From Epithemia pelagica (lineage: Eukaryota > Protista > Bacillariophyta), in contig OX337235.1 in the NCBI GenBank assembly GCA_946965045.2, forward strand, positions 2,976,001 to 3,040,000: a stretch of 64,000 nucleotides of DNA, given 5' to 3'. The position numbers and the translations under genes are program-made. Shown piece by piece: positions 11,101 through 22,575 of this stretch. A model generated the notes under the pieces. The model ran no database searches and was not told the origin of the DNA. It saw only the letters and a list, made by a program, of their open reading frames with translations. The stretch's first letter is position 1. Each line of letters begins with the position of its first letter.

Positions 11101-12441
11101 TCAATATTCGAGATTGAGCTGGTTGACGAATGTTCCGAATGCGACTGAGCCATTGAACTGGATTTCTTCTGGCGACTCGATCGCCGCTTCGATATTCGAT
11201 TGGATCGCCTCAACGTCGTGGTGCTGGAGTGTTGTTTGATTCGCGGGGTCAACGTGGCGAAAATCGGGGTTGGTGAGCATGGCCGTCGACATGCCCGCCG
11301 TCCATTCCATCACCTGTGGGCGGATGTAACGGAGAAACGCGGCGGAGGACCATCGACCCAGGATCATAATCTTGAGGACGGAAGTGCGTGCCAAGAATAG
11401 CGCCATGGCGGCGCCCGAGCGGATGGAGTGAGTGCCAATTTCGGCTGGTCGGTAGCCGAACATGGAGAAGCCGCCGCCTGTGGTGCACGAAGAGCGAAGG
11501 AGGTTCATCGTGTCTTCTGCGCGGATGAAGCAAGGCTTTGGTTTTGATGTTTGAGCGAGAATCTTGGGATCGAACCAACAATTCATCGGTGTCTTTGCCG
11601 GTGCGTCTGGGTAGTAATGCAAGATTCGTCGAACGATACGGCCGCCGGTACGGACAGGGCAGAGGATCTTGTCGTGCGTCCGGCATTGGGTGCGAGTTTG
11701 GAATTTTTCTGCATTCTTTTGTTGGACGAACGTGATGGAGATGAAGAATGCTTCGTCGTCAAAATTTGGGTCGGTGGGGGAGATCTCGGATCGCATTTGG
11801 TCATTGCGCTTGAATCGGATGTTGCCAATGGTGAGAAGCTTGGTTTTTCCGCGCTGCTTTACAGTACTGTATTCGCAGCTTCTCATGGCGAAGAAAAAGG
11901 CCAAGATCGCGAGATCAGCCACGCACGCATGGAACGATGCTGAATCAACAATGTCTGCTGCAATTTTACATGCTGTGAGCCACATATGACGGAGGTGGTG
12001 CGGTGTAATCGCTTTTTGTCGGTTCTCCTCGGGGTCGAGTTGCTTCCAAGCCTTCTTCAGCGTTTCTATTATGGGGTGGAGGCGGTTGCAGCCCGGGAGG
12101 TGGCAGGGGCTTGGCCTCTCGAAATTCCTGAACTTCGATGCCAGGTCGCTAAGGGCCTTTTCGAGAGTTGACGCTCGAAGAGGCCCCGTAACTCCTTCGC
12201 TCCAAGTTCCGTCTCGCAGTCGTTGGAGGAAGGTTCCAACGATCTGCGATCGCGTTCGAATGGACGTGAAGCCGTCCAGAAAGGGGTTGTCGTGGAGATT
12301 GAAGAGTCGGAGGTGCAATAGCCACCGCTTCCATGATCGGTCTTGAGCTTGGTGGGACGATTCGACTCGTCCAAAGAAAATTCTTGTAGCCGCGGTGCGA
12401 CCGAGGAGATCCAGGATTTGATTTCGTTGGGCAATTCGCAA
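11101..12441 (-). CDS. Tyrosine recombinase of YR element 1
   Basis: Catalytic motifs MRSCEY, HSIRSG and GRWSS..FLRY. Overlaps the RNase H 3' end in another frame. Confidence 0.92.
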   Translation of the reverse strand: MRIAQRNQILDLLGRTAATRIFFGRVESSHQAQDRSWKRWLLHLRLFNLHDNPFLDGFTSIRTRSQIVGTFLQRLRDGTWSEGVTGPLRASTLEKALSDLASKFRNFERPSPCHLPGCNRLHPIIETLKKAWKQLDPEENRQKAITPHHLRHMWLTACKIAADIVDSASFHACVADLAILAFFFAMRSCEYSTVKQRGKTKLLTIGNIRFKRNDQMRSEISPTDPNFDDEAFFISITFVQQKNAEKFQTRTQCRTHDKILCPVRTGGRIVRRILHYYPDAPAKTPMNCWFDPKILAQTSKPKPCFIRAEDTMNLLRSSCTTGGGFSMFGYRPAEIGTHSIRSGAAMALFLARTSVLKIMILGRWSSAAFLRYIRPQVMEWTAGMSTAMLTNPDFRHVDPANQTTLQHHDVEAIQSNIEAAIESPEEIQFNGSVAFGTFVNQLNLEY

Positions 12442-15400
12442 ATCCTGAAATTCTTCGGAATCTGGTTCGGAAAGAGAGAGTGGATTTGTGAGGTAAGATC
12501 ATCATCGCAACAATCAAACGAACGTGATAACATGTCAGTTACCACGTTCTGTCTGCCTGGGATGTGCTCGGAATGGAGGGCAAAACGATGCTCTAGTGTC
12601 AGTTCTGTCAGCCGCGCAGAGACTCGTTGGTGGTTGGGCTTGTTCGCGCCGAAGGAGGACCGGTGCATCCAGCCGGTCGCTGAGCTACTATCCGATAAGC
12701 CCAGCACACAAGCGTCGGTTGGGAGAGCGCCGTCCCAGCACTCTTGCCAAATGGTGACAACCTGGCATATGAACTCAAAGAGGTTGTTGCTAAGTGATGG
12801 GTCGGGTGAACCCGTGGCTTCATCATCAGCGAGGTCTTCGGCTTCATGCGCCATCGCGTAGACTTCGGGGTCGAGGGCGACATGCCAGGCACGACCAGTG
12901 CGGATGGAGAATCCACCCATGCCGTATGGGCAGGAGTCTGCTATGACAACGTTGGTTGGGATGCGGCATGTTAAAAGGTTCATGCTCACGCCTCGGTGGG
13001 CATACTCAAGAAGCTTGACCCAGATCTCGAGATCGGTGCGGATCGATGGTGGGATGGAGTATCGGAACCAGGGACGGGGGCGTGGGCTTGGACGTCCTGT
13101 TTCGGGCTGGTTTGTCTCGTTGTCCGACGAAGTATGTCTGGCTACGTATCGCTTAATGATCTTGGTCTTGAATGCTTGCATTCGTTTTGTGTAAAACAGG
13201 GCAAGGGGGATACCCTTACAAGCATGGGTCATCTTGCCGAGAATGGACTCAATTTCATCGAAGGTCCAATATTTTCGTTCCGGGTCGACAAGGGATTTTA
13301 TCTGCTTGGTCCATCCGAGGTACTTGTCGCGAGGGAGGATCATAAGGAGACGGCGTGTATCCAGCAACCAACCCAATACACGCATTGTTTCGGAAGGTGC
13401 ACCTTCGGCCTTCATCTTGTCGGCCGCCAAAATCTCGGTTCGGTGGATTGGTTCGTCGGGGGCGACTGGTCGGACTAACATATGAAGAACGAGGGGAACG
13501 ATGCCTGTGGAGCGTTCGAGGTTGTCCGAATTATCGATGAAGACCTGCATCATGTCGTCAAGGTAGACGTCATGATATCCCTTTGGTTTCGTTTCTACGT
13601 CAACGGCGATGGGCATGCCAGGGTTGAATGGAACCGAATCATCGAGGCGGCATACGGGGCCCATCATGTCTTGGAGGGGCGAACGGCAAATGCGGGGGTG
13701 CCATTCATCCAGGTCAGTTAGATCATTGCATAAGTCACAGGCGGCTTCAGAAAAGACGCTGAACATTGCTGGGTGCGGGCGCCCTCCAAAAGACAACCGA
13801 GTAAGAATGTTGGCGAATTCTCCGCTGCAGTCGGTTGTAATAGTACTCGCGGTCAAGGTGCCGTCACCATTGATCCGCCGGTATGCTGAGCCCCAATCGA
13901 ATTTGCAAATGAGAATTCGATCGGTGGGGAATTGGAGGCGTAAAGCGACAATTTGGTGAATCAACCGATTCATACACCAACCGAAAACCAGGTCGGGAAG
14001 TTCGGAGTCGTCCACAAGGTCGTTCAAACTCGGTGAGAATCCAAGCGAGAATGATTGGTCGTGTGCGAGACGGTCTTTTATTACGATGTCGCCATGCTCA
14101 TTAATTCCAGCATGTTGAGCAACACCCAGGGGGCCAACGCGGCCATCCTTGATCTTTCGGGCGCAGTCAAAAGTGATGGGGAGGGAAAACCCAAACTTTG
14201 TATCCTTCTCAGAGACCTTGCGGAGGGCGTCGGGTCGTTTGACGGCTGATGAATGATTGCCGTATTCGAGGATGGCCTCATTTTCAAGTTCCCGGTCCGA
14301 ATCGGGTGGGAGGTTCTTGAATTTATAGCTGGCTCCACGAAATAGCATGGATGACAACAATGGCCAAAATGGGTGATGCTGGAGTAGGGGTTCGATGACA
14401 TGGATGGGACGGAATTCAGAACCTGGACTGATTGTGCTGTTTGGGTGGGCGTCAAACAGTGCTTGGAGATCGAAACCGTATTCTTCGATAAGGTCCGAGT
14501 TGGTCTGCGCGGCTGACAGGGTTAGTTGGTGTACGAACGGAGATGCCTGTGGAGTCGCAACTGAAGAGTTACAAATCGAAGCAATCCGAGCGACGGAGTG
14601 GGATACGTCCGTGGCAGAACGTGGTGGTCTCGGTATTTTGCGTGTGAAAATTCGAGATGGGTCGTTTGGAAGATATGGGTCCTGAAAGTCAACAGGAATC
14701 AAGCCAGAACGAGGTAGTGGTAGTGTAGCATCGAACTCACCTAGCAATTCTTCGCTAGAAACCATTTCATCTTGAAGACGGGAAAGGTTCCTTTGTAGGG
14801 ATTTGCCGGACAAGTCAGATGCCAGATTAGGGGATGGAGATCCTTCGAGACGTGGGCGTCCAAAAGGAATTTGTGAGGAGTCGCTTGGGGGATTGGGGGA
14901 AAACTGAGATTCCTCGTCTTGAGTCTTGGCAGCTGCGGCAACTGCATCCAGAAGGAATCGGTTGGGTGAAGACAATTGGGGGGGATCTTCAGGGGTCGCT
15001 CTAGAGTTTGGGACATCAACTTGGGATAAGTCGTGTAAGACCTGTACAGTCGAGTCTTTAGGGGTCTTGCGCAGAATCGAAGGTAGAGTCTTCTGGGGAG
15101 ATGGCATCTGTTTCCTCGAAACTGGGGCGTTAGTCGAAAAGGATTTACAACGGACTGTGTCGATGAAATTTACTCGATGAGGGACAGAAACCATGTTTGC
15201 AGGGGGAAATTTTGTGTTGATATCCTCTGCAGAAATCCGGCGCTCGTCTGAGAAAGTTCGAGGTATCACTGGAACTGGAGTTCGAGGGATCGAGCGAATA
15301 AGCTCGGTATCATCTGGTGCTATTGATGGGGAAGAAGGAGTATTAAGGATGGGCGCGGGAGGGACAAGAGGATTCAGGTACGTAGAAGAAGTGGAATCGT

Positions 15401-15452
15401 TAGGAGACGAAGGAGCAACACTATTTTGAATGACTCTTGACCCATCCTCCTG
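12069..15452 (-). CDS. pol: RT-RNase H (pol) of YR element 1, open from the codon after the gag TGA
   Basis: KFDWGSAYRRI, LSFGG, YLDD; RNase H ADSCPYGMGG, SDSSSA, HIPGRQNVVTDMLSR. No stop between 15452 and the track ORF start at 15269. Confidence 0.92.
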   Translation of the reverse strand, partial: QEDGSRVIQNSVAPSSPNDSTSSTYLNPLVPPAPILNTPSSPSIAPDDTELIRSIPRTPVPVIPRTFSDERRISAEDINTKFPPANMVSVPHRVNFIDTVRCKSFSTNAPVSRKQMPSPQKTLPSILRKTPKDSTVQVLHDLSQVDVPNSRATPEDPPQLSSPNRFLLDAVAAAAKTQDEESQFSPNPPSDSSQIPFGRPRLEGSPSPNLASDLSGKSLQRNLSRLQDEMVSSEELLGEFDATLPLPRSGLIPVDFQDPYLPNDPSRIFTRKIPRPPRSATDVSHSVARIASICNSSVATPQASPFVHQLTLSAAQTNSDLIEEYGFDLQALFDAHPNSTISPGSEFRPIHVIEPLLQHHPFWPLLSSMLFRGASYKFKNLPPDSDRELENEAILEYGNHSSAVKRPDALRKVSEKDTKFGFSLPITFDCARKIKDGRVGPLGVAQHAGINEHGDIVIKDRLAHDQSFSLGFSPSLNDLVDDSELPDLVFGWCMNRLIHQIVALRLQFPTDRILICKFDWGSAYRRINGDGTLTASTITTDCSGEFANILTRLSFGGRPHPAMFSVFSEAACDLCNDLTDLDEWHPRICRSPLQDMMGPVCRLDDSVPFNPGMPIAVDVETKPKGYHDVYLDDMMQVFIDNSDNLERSTGIVPLVLHMLVRPVAPDEPIHRTEILAADKMKAEGAPSETMRVLGWLLDTRRLLMILPRDKYLGWTKQIKSLVDPERKYWTFDEIESILGKMTHACKGIPLALFYTKRMQAFKTKIIKRYVARHTSSDNETNQPETGRPSPRPRPWFRYSIPPSIRTDLEIWVKLLEYAHRGVSMNLLTCRIPTNVVIADSCPYGMGGFSIRTGRAWHVALDPEVYAMAHEAEDLADDEATGSPDPSLSNNLFEFICQVVTIWQECWDGALPTDACVLGLSDSSSATGWMHRSSFGANKPNHQRVSARLTELTLEHRFALHSEHIPGRQNVVTDMLSRSFDCCDDDLTSQIHSLFPNQIPKNFRICELPNEIKSWISSVAPRLQEFSLDESNRPTKLKTDHGSGGYCTSDSSISTTTPFWTASRPFERDRRSLEPSSNDCETELGAKELRGLFERQLSKRPLATWHRSSGISRGQAPATSRAATASTP

Positions 15453-18398
15453 TCAAGAAGATTTCTTCTTCTTCGCCTCCGCAAAAGTCTTCTTGTAAAA
15501 GGCTGTCATCTCACTTGCTTTGCCATGCTCTTTGGGATCAGCGTGGCAGAAGTGGCAACTATTACCGTTGCGACAATACTTCATGGTAAAAAGTTTGTTG
15601 CAGAACGGTCGTTCTTTTCCATCAATAGTGAGTTTCGGTGTGGAGGCCAAGACATCTCGCGTAAAGACCTTCGAGTACTTCATATCCGGAGGGATGCACC
15701 ACTCGGGGGGGGGGAGTCATAGCGGGCACTCAAGGCACGAGAATCGGAGTCAGTCGAAGGAGAGGCACGTTTCTTAGAGGAATTGTCCGAAGAGCCGCCG
15801 GAGGACCGAGAAGAATCATGGCCGGGTCTCGCTTTGGAACGAATGGCTTGATCGATAAACTTCGGGAGCATCTTGCAGATATCCTCCTTGGATTCGATCT
15901 TGTCGCACAGTTTATTGAAGTGGAAGTCGAGTTTTTCACACCGAATGTCTTCAAGGCATTCAGCATCCTCCAACATCTTATCGATGAATCGCTGGATAGC
16001 GAAATCGATAGAGAATAAAACACGACAAAGGAAGGTTGGGTCGAAGTCCTGGCTGTTGCGGTAGATGACTCGGTTCGACAAAAAATGTTCGACCATCTTA
16101 TGGATCTGCAAACAAGCGTAAGAATTCTCATCCCAAATAGCGCAAGCGAAAAGGTAATAAGACCGAAGTTGCATGGAGAACTCATCACAGGTAAGTGGGA
16201 AAAACAACTTCTCGTTCACAAAGATATCTCGCATATCTTTTGTCGACAAACCGTTGTCATGGCGAAGAGAACTCTCATAAATGTCATGTTGAATATCATA
16301 GTCGAGGGATCGCTGGGAAGCAGAGCTCGAAGAACCGTTAGGATCAAATGAGAATGGGGAGAAACCACTGGGGTGATCCTCTCCACGCCAACGGAGACCA
16401 TACTTCTGCAGAACTCCGTATTGACCAAAGAGAATATGACAAGCGTTGTCGGACTTCCGAAATACTCGAGCGTGGATGGTCGAATAGAAGGTATGGGTGC
16501 TCTTCTGTCGAAAGAGTTCAGTAGCAACCTCGGATGGGGACTGGGGAAGTTCCGTCGAGTTCGGACCAGCCTGACCGAAGACAATGCCGTTGCGAAGGTG
16601 AGAGGTATGTTTGAAAATCTCACGTTTCTCGTCGTCTTTCTCTTTAGAAATGCTCTTGGAATGTTTGAGAAGGGACTCGGAAAATTGTTCGGATAGTTTA
16701 TCCGCCATGTAGATCGCATCAGCGGAAACGGAGGGACCATTGGGGTTTGTAGGTATGTTTGAAAATCTCACGTTTCTCGTCGTCTTTCTCTTTAGAAATG
16801 CTCTTGGAATGTTTGAGAAGGGACTCGGAAAATTGTTCGGATAGTTTATCCGCCATGTAGATCGCATCAGCGGAAACGGAGGGACCATTGGGGTTTGTAA
16901 TCGAATCCGGACTTGGGTGGGCTTGAGGAGCTAGGGAGACCGGAGGGATGCCTTGGGGAGCTTGTGGTGGGGGAGCGAGTGGTAGTGGAGGAAGAACTTG
17001 AGATACTGAACCAAAATTCAGAGTCGGGAATAGACGGTTCACATGATTCTTCAGGGCAAGCAAGGCAGAGTCAAAGGCAGCTGGAACTTCAAAAGAAACC
17101 GACTCGATCTTAGACGCCTTATGGTGCGCGAACCAAAGGAAGCGGAACAAAGGAAGGGAAGCTTTGACCAAATCATTGTCTAAGGGAAACGAGGAAAGTT
17201 TCTTCTGAGCGTCTTCGGGAACGGAACGAGCCCAGCGGCGGGACACGATACCAAACACACAAGAAGCAATGGAAGGAGCGCCACAGCGAGGAGTACCATA
17301 TCCGAACTTCGAGAATAGCTGCAACAATTCACCTGAGAAGGCGGGATGAATAGGGAAAAGTCCCTTACAAGTGAAGGAATTCACAGGAGATTAGGGATCC
17401 GAGGGGCATTTCGGTTTCTTCAGGTTTCCAAACGAAGCAAAGTCCAAACAAAACTTGGGGAGGCAATCGTCAGGGCGTTTCTTCTTGGGTGAGGGAGTCA
17501 TGGCGTCGTACACGCAAGTGCCAAGGATCTCGGCAGCTGATGGGATACCGGAGTGATCCATGTTCAGAAGAAGGCCTGAATCGATTTCATCCGTATCAAA
17601 GCAGATAGGAGGGGAACCAAATTTTGAGTGGCAAAGACCTATAAAAGAAGGAACGGGATTCAAGAAGGTACCAGAATCCGGTCCAACCAAAAGGTTGTGA
17701 ACGAAACGGATCTTGCCTTTAGGGTCGACGCAAAGGAAGGCTTGAGAGGAAGCATTCAATTTGCAGGACAAGAAACGTTGTAGTTCGGGACTCGAAGAAA
17801 CTTATTCAAATCCTTTGCAGAACTTCGACCAGGATAACAGATCACGGTCCAGTGACAAGTTAAAAGGAAGAGTAAAGCTATCAGACCAATCCAAAGGAGG
17901 GCATGAGGAAAGGCTGTCAAGAACCGAAGTCGGGATAGGATGAGGTGACTTGAAGATATCGGAGGGGCGGCTAAGGGGGGAGCCACCATTCGAAGTACCA
18001 AGATCCACCTGCTGGTTCGACGTCTGACGTTTGGGAGAAGGAGGGGGTTTAGGTTTAGCAGAAGAACGTTTGGGAGATTTAGGAAACTTCTTCTTCGAGG
18101 CCTTCGCGGTATCAGAAGAAGAGCTCAGAGGAAGGTTCTTCTCGTTCTGATCAGAGAAGGAAGGATCATCACCATCCTCGTCCTCGTCACCAGAAGGGGC
18201 AGGAGTTGAGGAATGATAGGGAGCAGAGGGATCATCGTCAACACCAACACCATGGTGGGATTCCAGAAGTTGAGAAGGTTGGGAAACCACCGCTGCAACG
18301 GAAGCAGTCCCGTCTGCGCAATGAGGAGCAACAGAAACCCCAGGTCCCTCATCTTCATCGAAGAAGAGGTCGTCCTTGTAAGGTTGAGTAACAGTCAT
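15453..18398 (-). pseudogene. Gag-like ORF1 of YR element 1, disrupted
   Basis: Homologous to intact ORF 31661-34552. In-frame TAA at 17802-17804 and 17391-17393; frameshifts from the 148-bp duplication and near the G-run at ~15705. Ends in a C-x8-C-x5-C-x3-H zinc finger. Confidence 0.85.
16603..16898. repeat. Apparently perfect 148-bp tandem duplication
   Basis: Units start at 16603 and 16751. The ORF track shows identical peptides in ORFs 15680-16888 and 16216-16740. Confidence 0.95.
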
Positions 18399-18977
18399 AG
18401 CGAAGAAGGTAGCGGCAGCAACAACTTTTGATTGTCTTAGATCTATCTATCTGTAGACCTCGTCTCAGGATGGCAGTGTCAGAGCACACGATCCCAAGAT
18501 TGTGAGCTCTAGACTCTTGCGCATGGATTGGTCACTGGGCCAGTATCTTGTGTCCACGAGATAGTCCACCTGGCGCGTCATTGCCCGACATGCGCGCGCT
18601 TCACTGCCCTGCTCCGACGTACGCACGACAGACACTACCTTGGTTGTAATCCAATGAGGAGATGCGGCAAAGAGTTCGTTGGAAGGAAGAGAGTTGGCGC
18701 TGCTATGGAAATTTTGAGAAACGGCAAAGACAGTTTCGTCCAACATGTTTGCCATGTCTGTATTGCACGAGACATAGCCGAGGCCGTCTGGGAAGAGGCA
18801 AACCCTGGAGCGGCTGTAGGTGAAACAAGAATGAGAGACCCATTTTTCGGAGTTGGCGCGCGTACCGACTCTTTGGATCTTCTTCATTTTGTTCACGCCG
18901 AGTAGATGAACTTTTCATTCCAATGGTACGAGACTGTTGAAACCGATGGAGCTATTAGGGCAAACCCGATAGCTCCG

Positions 18978-19385
18978 TAATTTGCCATTGTTCCGTCGAG
19001 CAGAACTGGAAAAACGGTGTACGATTACAAGAACCATGTTGCGGAACGCGCGAACAATGAGTTTTCCAACTACCATGTCGTGCTAGTCTCCTGCCTAAAG
19101 CCAACGAACCAAAATCATGGCTACGATAATCTTTTCCGAAGCGCGCAAAGCGACGCGGACTTGAGAAGGATTGGCGTTGAATTTCGCAGTTTCCTTGGCA
19201 GCCTCATTCCAACGGACAAAAATCGCATCGTGCTCATTTTGGATGAAGCTCAGCACTTGGCAAACATGAACAACGGATTTCTGGTGAGGTCCCTTCGGTG
19301 GTTCTTGCGGGAAAGGAGGAGTCAAGTACGAGTAGTGGCAGTACTTTTTGGCTACATCCGGTTCAATAGCCGCCTTGTTTCCTGA
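18978..19385 (+). pseudogene. Degraded P-loop NTPase fragment (second copy at ~58136-58543)
   Basis: FAIVPSSRTGKT Walker A-like motif followed by IVLILDEAQHL Walker B-like motif. Truncated on both sides. Confidence 0.45.
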
Positions 19386-20157
19386 AGAGGAGAATGCCAC
19401 GTCGTTTTCCCCGATTGGGAGACCATGACACGAAGTTCTTCATGAACGTATCGAAAGAATTGTTCCCGCCCATGGTTGACTTGTGGACAGTGGGTTCTTT
19501 GTCGAAGCGGATTGTCGCCAGAAACAGCGAATGAGTACACCTGGGCAGTACCCTTCGGAAGGCCACGTCATGGTTCTTGTAATTGCGTCCAACTCGTTTG
19601 ATGTCAGGTCCCCTCAGTATGTTGGCCTGTATGAAGGATGAAGGCAAGCGCGTAAAATCGGTTGCCGTGAAGCAACTTGATGCATCGCGCCATACAGTTC
19701 CGTAGTTTGTTATGTGGCACGTCGAAATTGCTGGGATTGAGGAAGTCATCCGTTTTGGTTTCTTTTTCAGAATGAGTTGATCTGACATCACATCTATCTT
19801 TTATAGCTAGCCAGTGCCAATCATGGTAATCACATCCTTCTAGCTAGCTATTCAAGCCATATCACACCAGAGCTTTTCTCCGTGACCAATGGAGAGAACC
19901 CCATAACCCCCCGTGTTTGGTACAATGGCGAGGACAGGGTATTGTGTTGTCGGAACTGGAACGGCGAATAGAACAAACCCCCAGATAACACTACCGTATT
20001 TCTGGGAAACCTGTTGCTGTCTACACTGGTGAAAAATATAGATATTCGCTTACAGTCAAGTAGACAATAGATTGAAAGCGAGCTTTCCACTCTTTCGACC
20101 ACGGGGCAAGGTAGGTAGGTGCTCTAAAATACCACAATATTGGAATGCAAAGTACCG

Positions 20158-22575
20158 TCAATATCCTGATTGGAAGTGCACGTTTGATTCTTCGACATGG
20201 TTTTTTTTCCAGACCTGAGGAATGAGAATGTCCGGAATCTGCATCTCGTGCCGAAACGACCATGGCTGTGCTGAATCACGTGTATAGGGGCGATCCACGA
20301 AGTAGAAAACATCGCCTGACGTACCAAAGAGAACCGTTTTATGTCTTTCGGTACAAGAATGCAAAAACTCATTGTCATCATCATCGTCATCGAAAAAGTC
20401 GTCGTCGTCATCATCATCATCATCACCGAAAAAGTCACCAGTAACATCTTCCTCATCATCAAATTCCTGATCTTGATCTCCCTCGACCTCAGGGTCATAA
20501 CGAGACACTACTTCAACTGTGTATTCAATATCGCCAATACTGTTTTGATACCGATGGACTGGACGACAAAATAGTTGTTCAGTTCCACTTCGAAATCCGT
20601 TCCGAAGAAAGCCCATCTCAAGAAGAAGGTCTACGTCGCATTGAAAGTCTGGAAAGTGATGGTTCGGGTTGCGGCTTGATTCGCAGAAGTCATGATTCAG
20701 CAAGGAAAAATCTTCACGTCTCTCCCAGATAGTCGGGAGCAGTAAATGAGGCTTGTGCTTATTCAACTCGAACGCACTTGCGGGGATGCAAGAGGACGTC
20801 GGAACTGACCAATTGGCCACATGCTGCAACCATGCCTGTTCCCATTCCTCTCCGTAGTCAAGGAAAACTTCTTCACCTGGCCCGATATCCCGGGTTGCCA
20901 CAAACTCCCAAGCAAGGCCAGATATTTCAAGGTTGTCCCATTCACGAGGGTTCTTTTCGAGCCATTCTGGATGCGACATGAGCTTTTTACTCCAAATGAT
21001 CTGGGCATTTGCGCGTTCTCGTGAATGATTAATGAGGGCAGTCCCAACGCCGTATGGACATAGCAAGAGGTCGATATCAGAATGACCATAGCAGTAGTTC
21101 AACAACAACTGCCGATGATACGGTGGTTCTGTTACGTTGCGAGGGTCTCTTCCGCCTTCAGAGTACAAGTAGTTCTGGCCAGAGAGTGGTTGATACATGT
21201 TCAATGATTTGCGATCAGGGATATGGATCAAGGGAGCCGGAGCTATTGTTTGTCCCTTAACGATGGGTCGACGAGCGAAAGCACCCTGCCCAGCATAGGG
21301 AATCGAACTGGTTCCTGGCTCCAAATTGTCACTGCAGCTGCCATTTTCTTTGAGCCACTCAATTGAACGTATGCTCTTGTGAACATGTGACTGTCTGACA
21401 CCCTTGCGCATGATCTCTTCAACTCGGTCAAATTCGTCCGGCAACGTTTTTACAACTGTGCTGTCCCAAATATCGTGGAATGAATGTACCGACAGATCAT
21501 ACAGATCCTCCATCCATGAAGGATTCGAGGATGAAACGAGCGAAGGGCGGCTCTCGTTTTTTCGTTGCTGATTTTGAACCTTACTGATGACCGCGTCAAA
21601 TGACTGTAGCAATCTGTCTCCCATCCAAAAATGGCTAGATCTAGGCACACCTGCATATTTGTCCTCTGCAAAGTATGATTCACCGTAGCTTATAAAGAGT
21701 TCCATCCTTCGTGAAGGAACGTGAAGAGTATTTTATCGTTTGTTTGTATTGCGTCATCAAGAACACTCATTAGTTGGGAATGCGAAATGGGACCACATAA
21801 TCTAGTTGCTTCTTACCCTCTTGAAATGCTCTGTTGGGCAATTCCTTGTGGACCATGAAAACTTGTCATCGCCCCGGCACCAGGATGACTTCCCATAGGC
21901 GAAGAGAGACTGTAAGTAACTCCACCACTTGCCATGGTGGCTTCTCCATGCTCAACATTATTCAATGCAAAGTTACAATTGATAGCCGCGCCAATCCCAA
22001 AACTCGCCGCTTTTGGTTCCTGTGATTCTTCTTCAACCCCATCGAACTCATCGCCCGCCCATGTATACCTGTAGATGATTACGAGAAATGGATTCATCAA
22101 TGATTAAGGTGTTGAGTGAACGGGGAAGGCAGAACTTTTTGCATTCTCGTGTAAAATTGTGAACGGAAATACTGTCCAAAACGACTTACATATCCCACAG
22201 AAATCGCTTCGCACTTGGACGATTGTGATTGTGAAATTCGTAGTCATGAATTGGAACAACAAGGTCACCAGGAGTCACCACTTCCCCACTGGCAAAAGCA
22301 TGCCCTGCATATATCCCCAGGCCGGCTCCAGGAATAGTTGAGGGAGCCATGTAAACTCCACATGTATGTATCTCGCGGTTGTCGTTATTGTCTTCAGTAT
22401 CATGTTTTTCTTCGGGAAGGACCAAGTTTTCCAGCTCCGAGGTTGGATGGCAACATTGCAAGCTTCCATACGTTACAGTAGATGCAGACTGGTTTGAGGG
22501 CAAAGACGCAGCTACAGCTGAAGCGCAGTAGCATGCGAACCAGAAACCATGGTTAAGTATCGAATGATGAACCAT
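20158..22575 (-). CDS. Secreted/ER tandem SET-domain protein (BacSET-like) paralogue 2; exons 22575-22190, 22068-21817, 21706-20158
   Basis: Introns 22189-22069 and 21816-21707 have the same positions and phases as in the 5764-8128 gene. Same SET motifs, HGFW...AVAASLP leader and poly-Asp tract. The start could alternatively be 22659. Confidence 0.8.

Larger units (their letters stand above)
10903..18635 (-). mobile_element. Tyrosine-recombinase retrotransposon, copy 1 (7733 bp; gag-like ORF1, RT/RNase H, YR; no methyltransferase seen, so Ngaro-like coding content)
   Basis: Boundaries come from the empty site in the duplicated segment (57794/57795): CACCTTTACTTT|TACC. Termini on the element strand are GTGTCTGT...CCCCGCG. 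RT, RNase H and YR motifs are present. Confidence 0.92.

Noticed and set aside
19363-19791. 142-aa minus-strand ORF (duplicated at 58521-58949)
   Set aside because: No recognisable motif, and conservation merely reflects the recent duplication.
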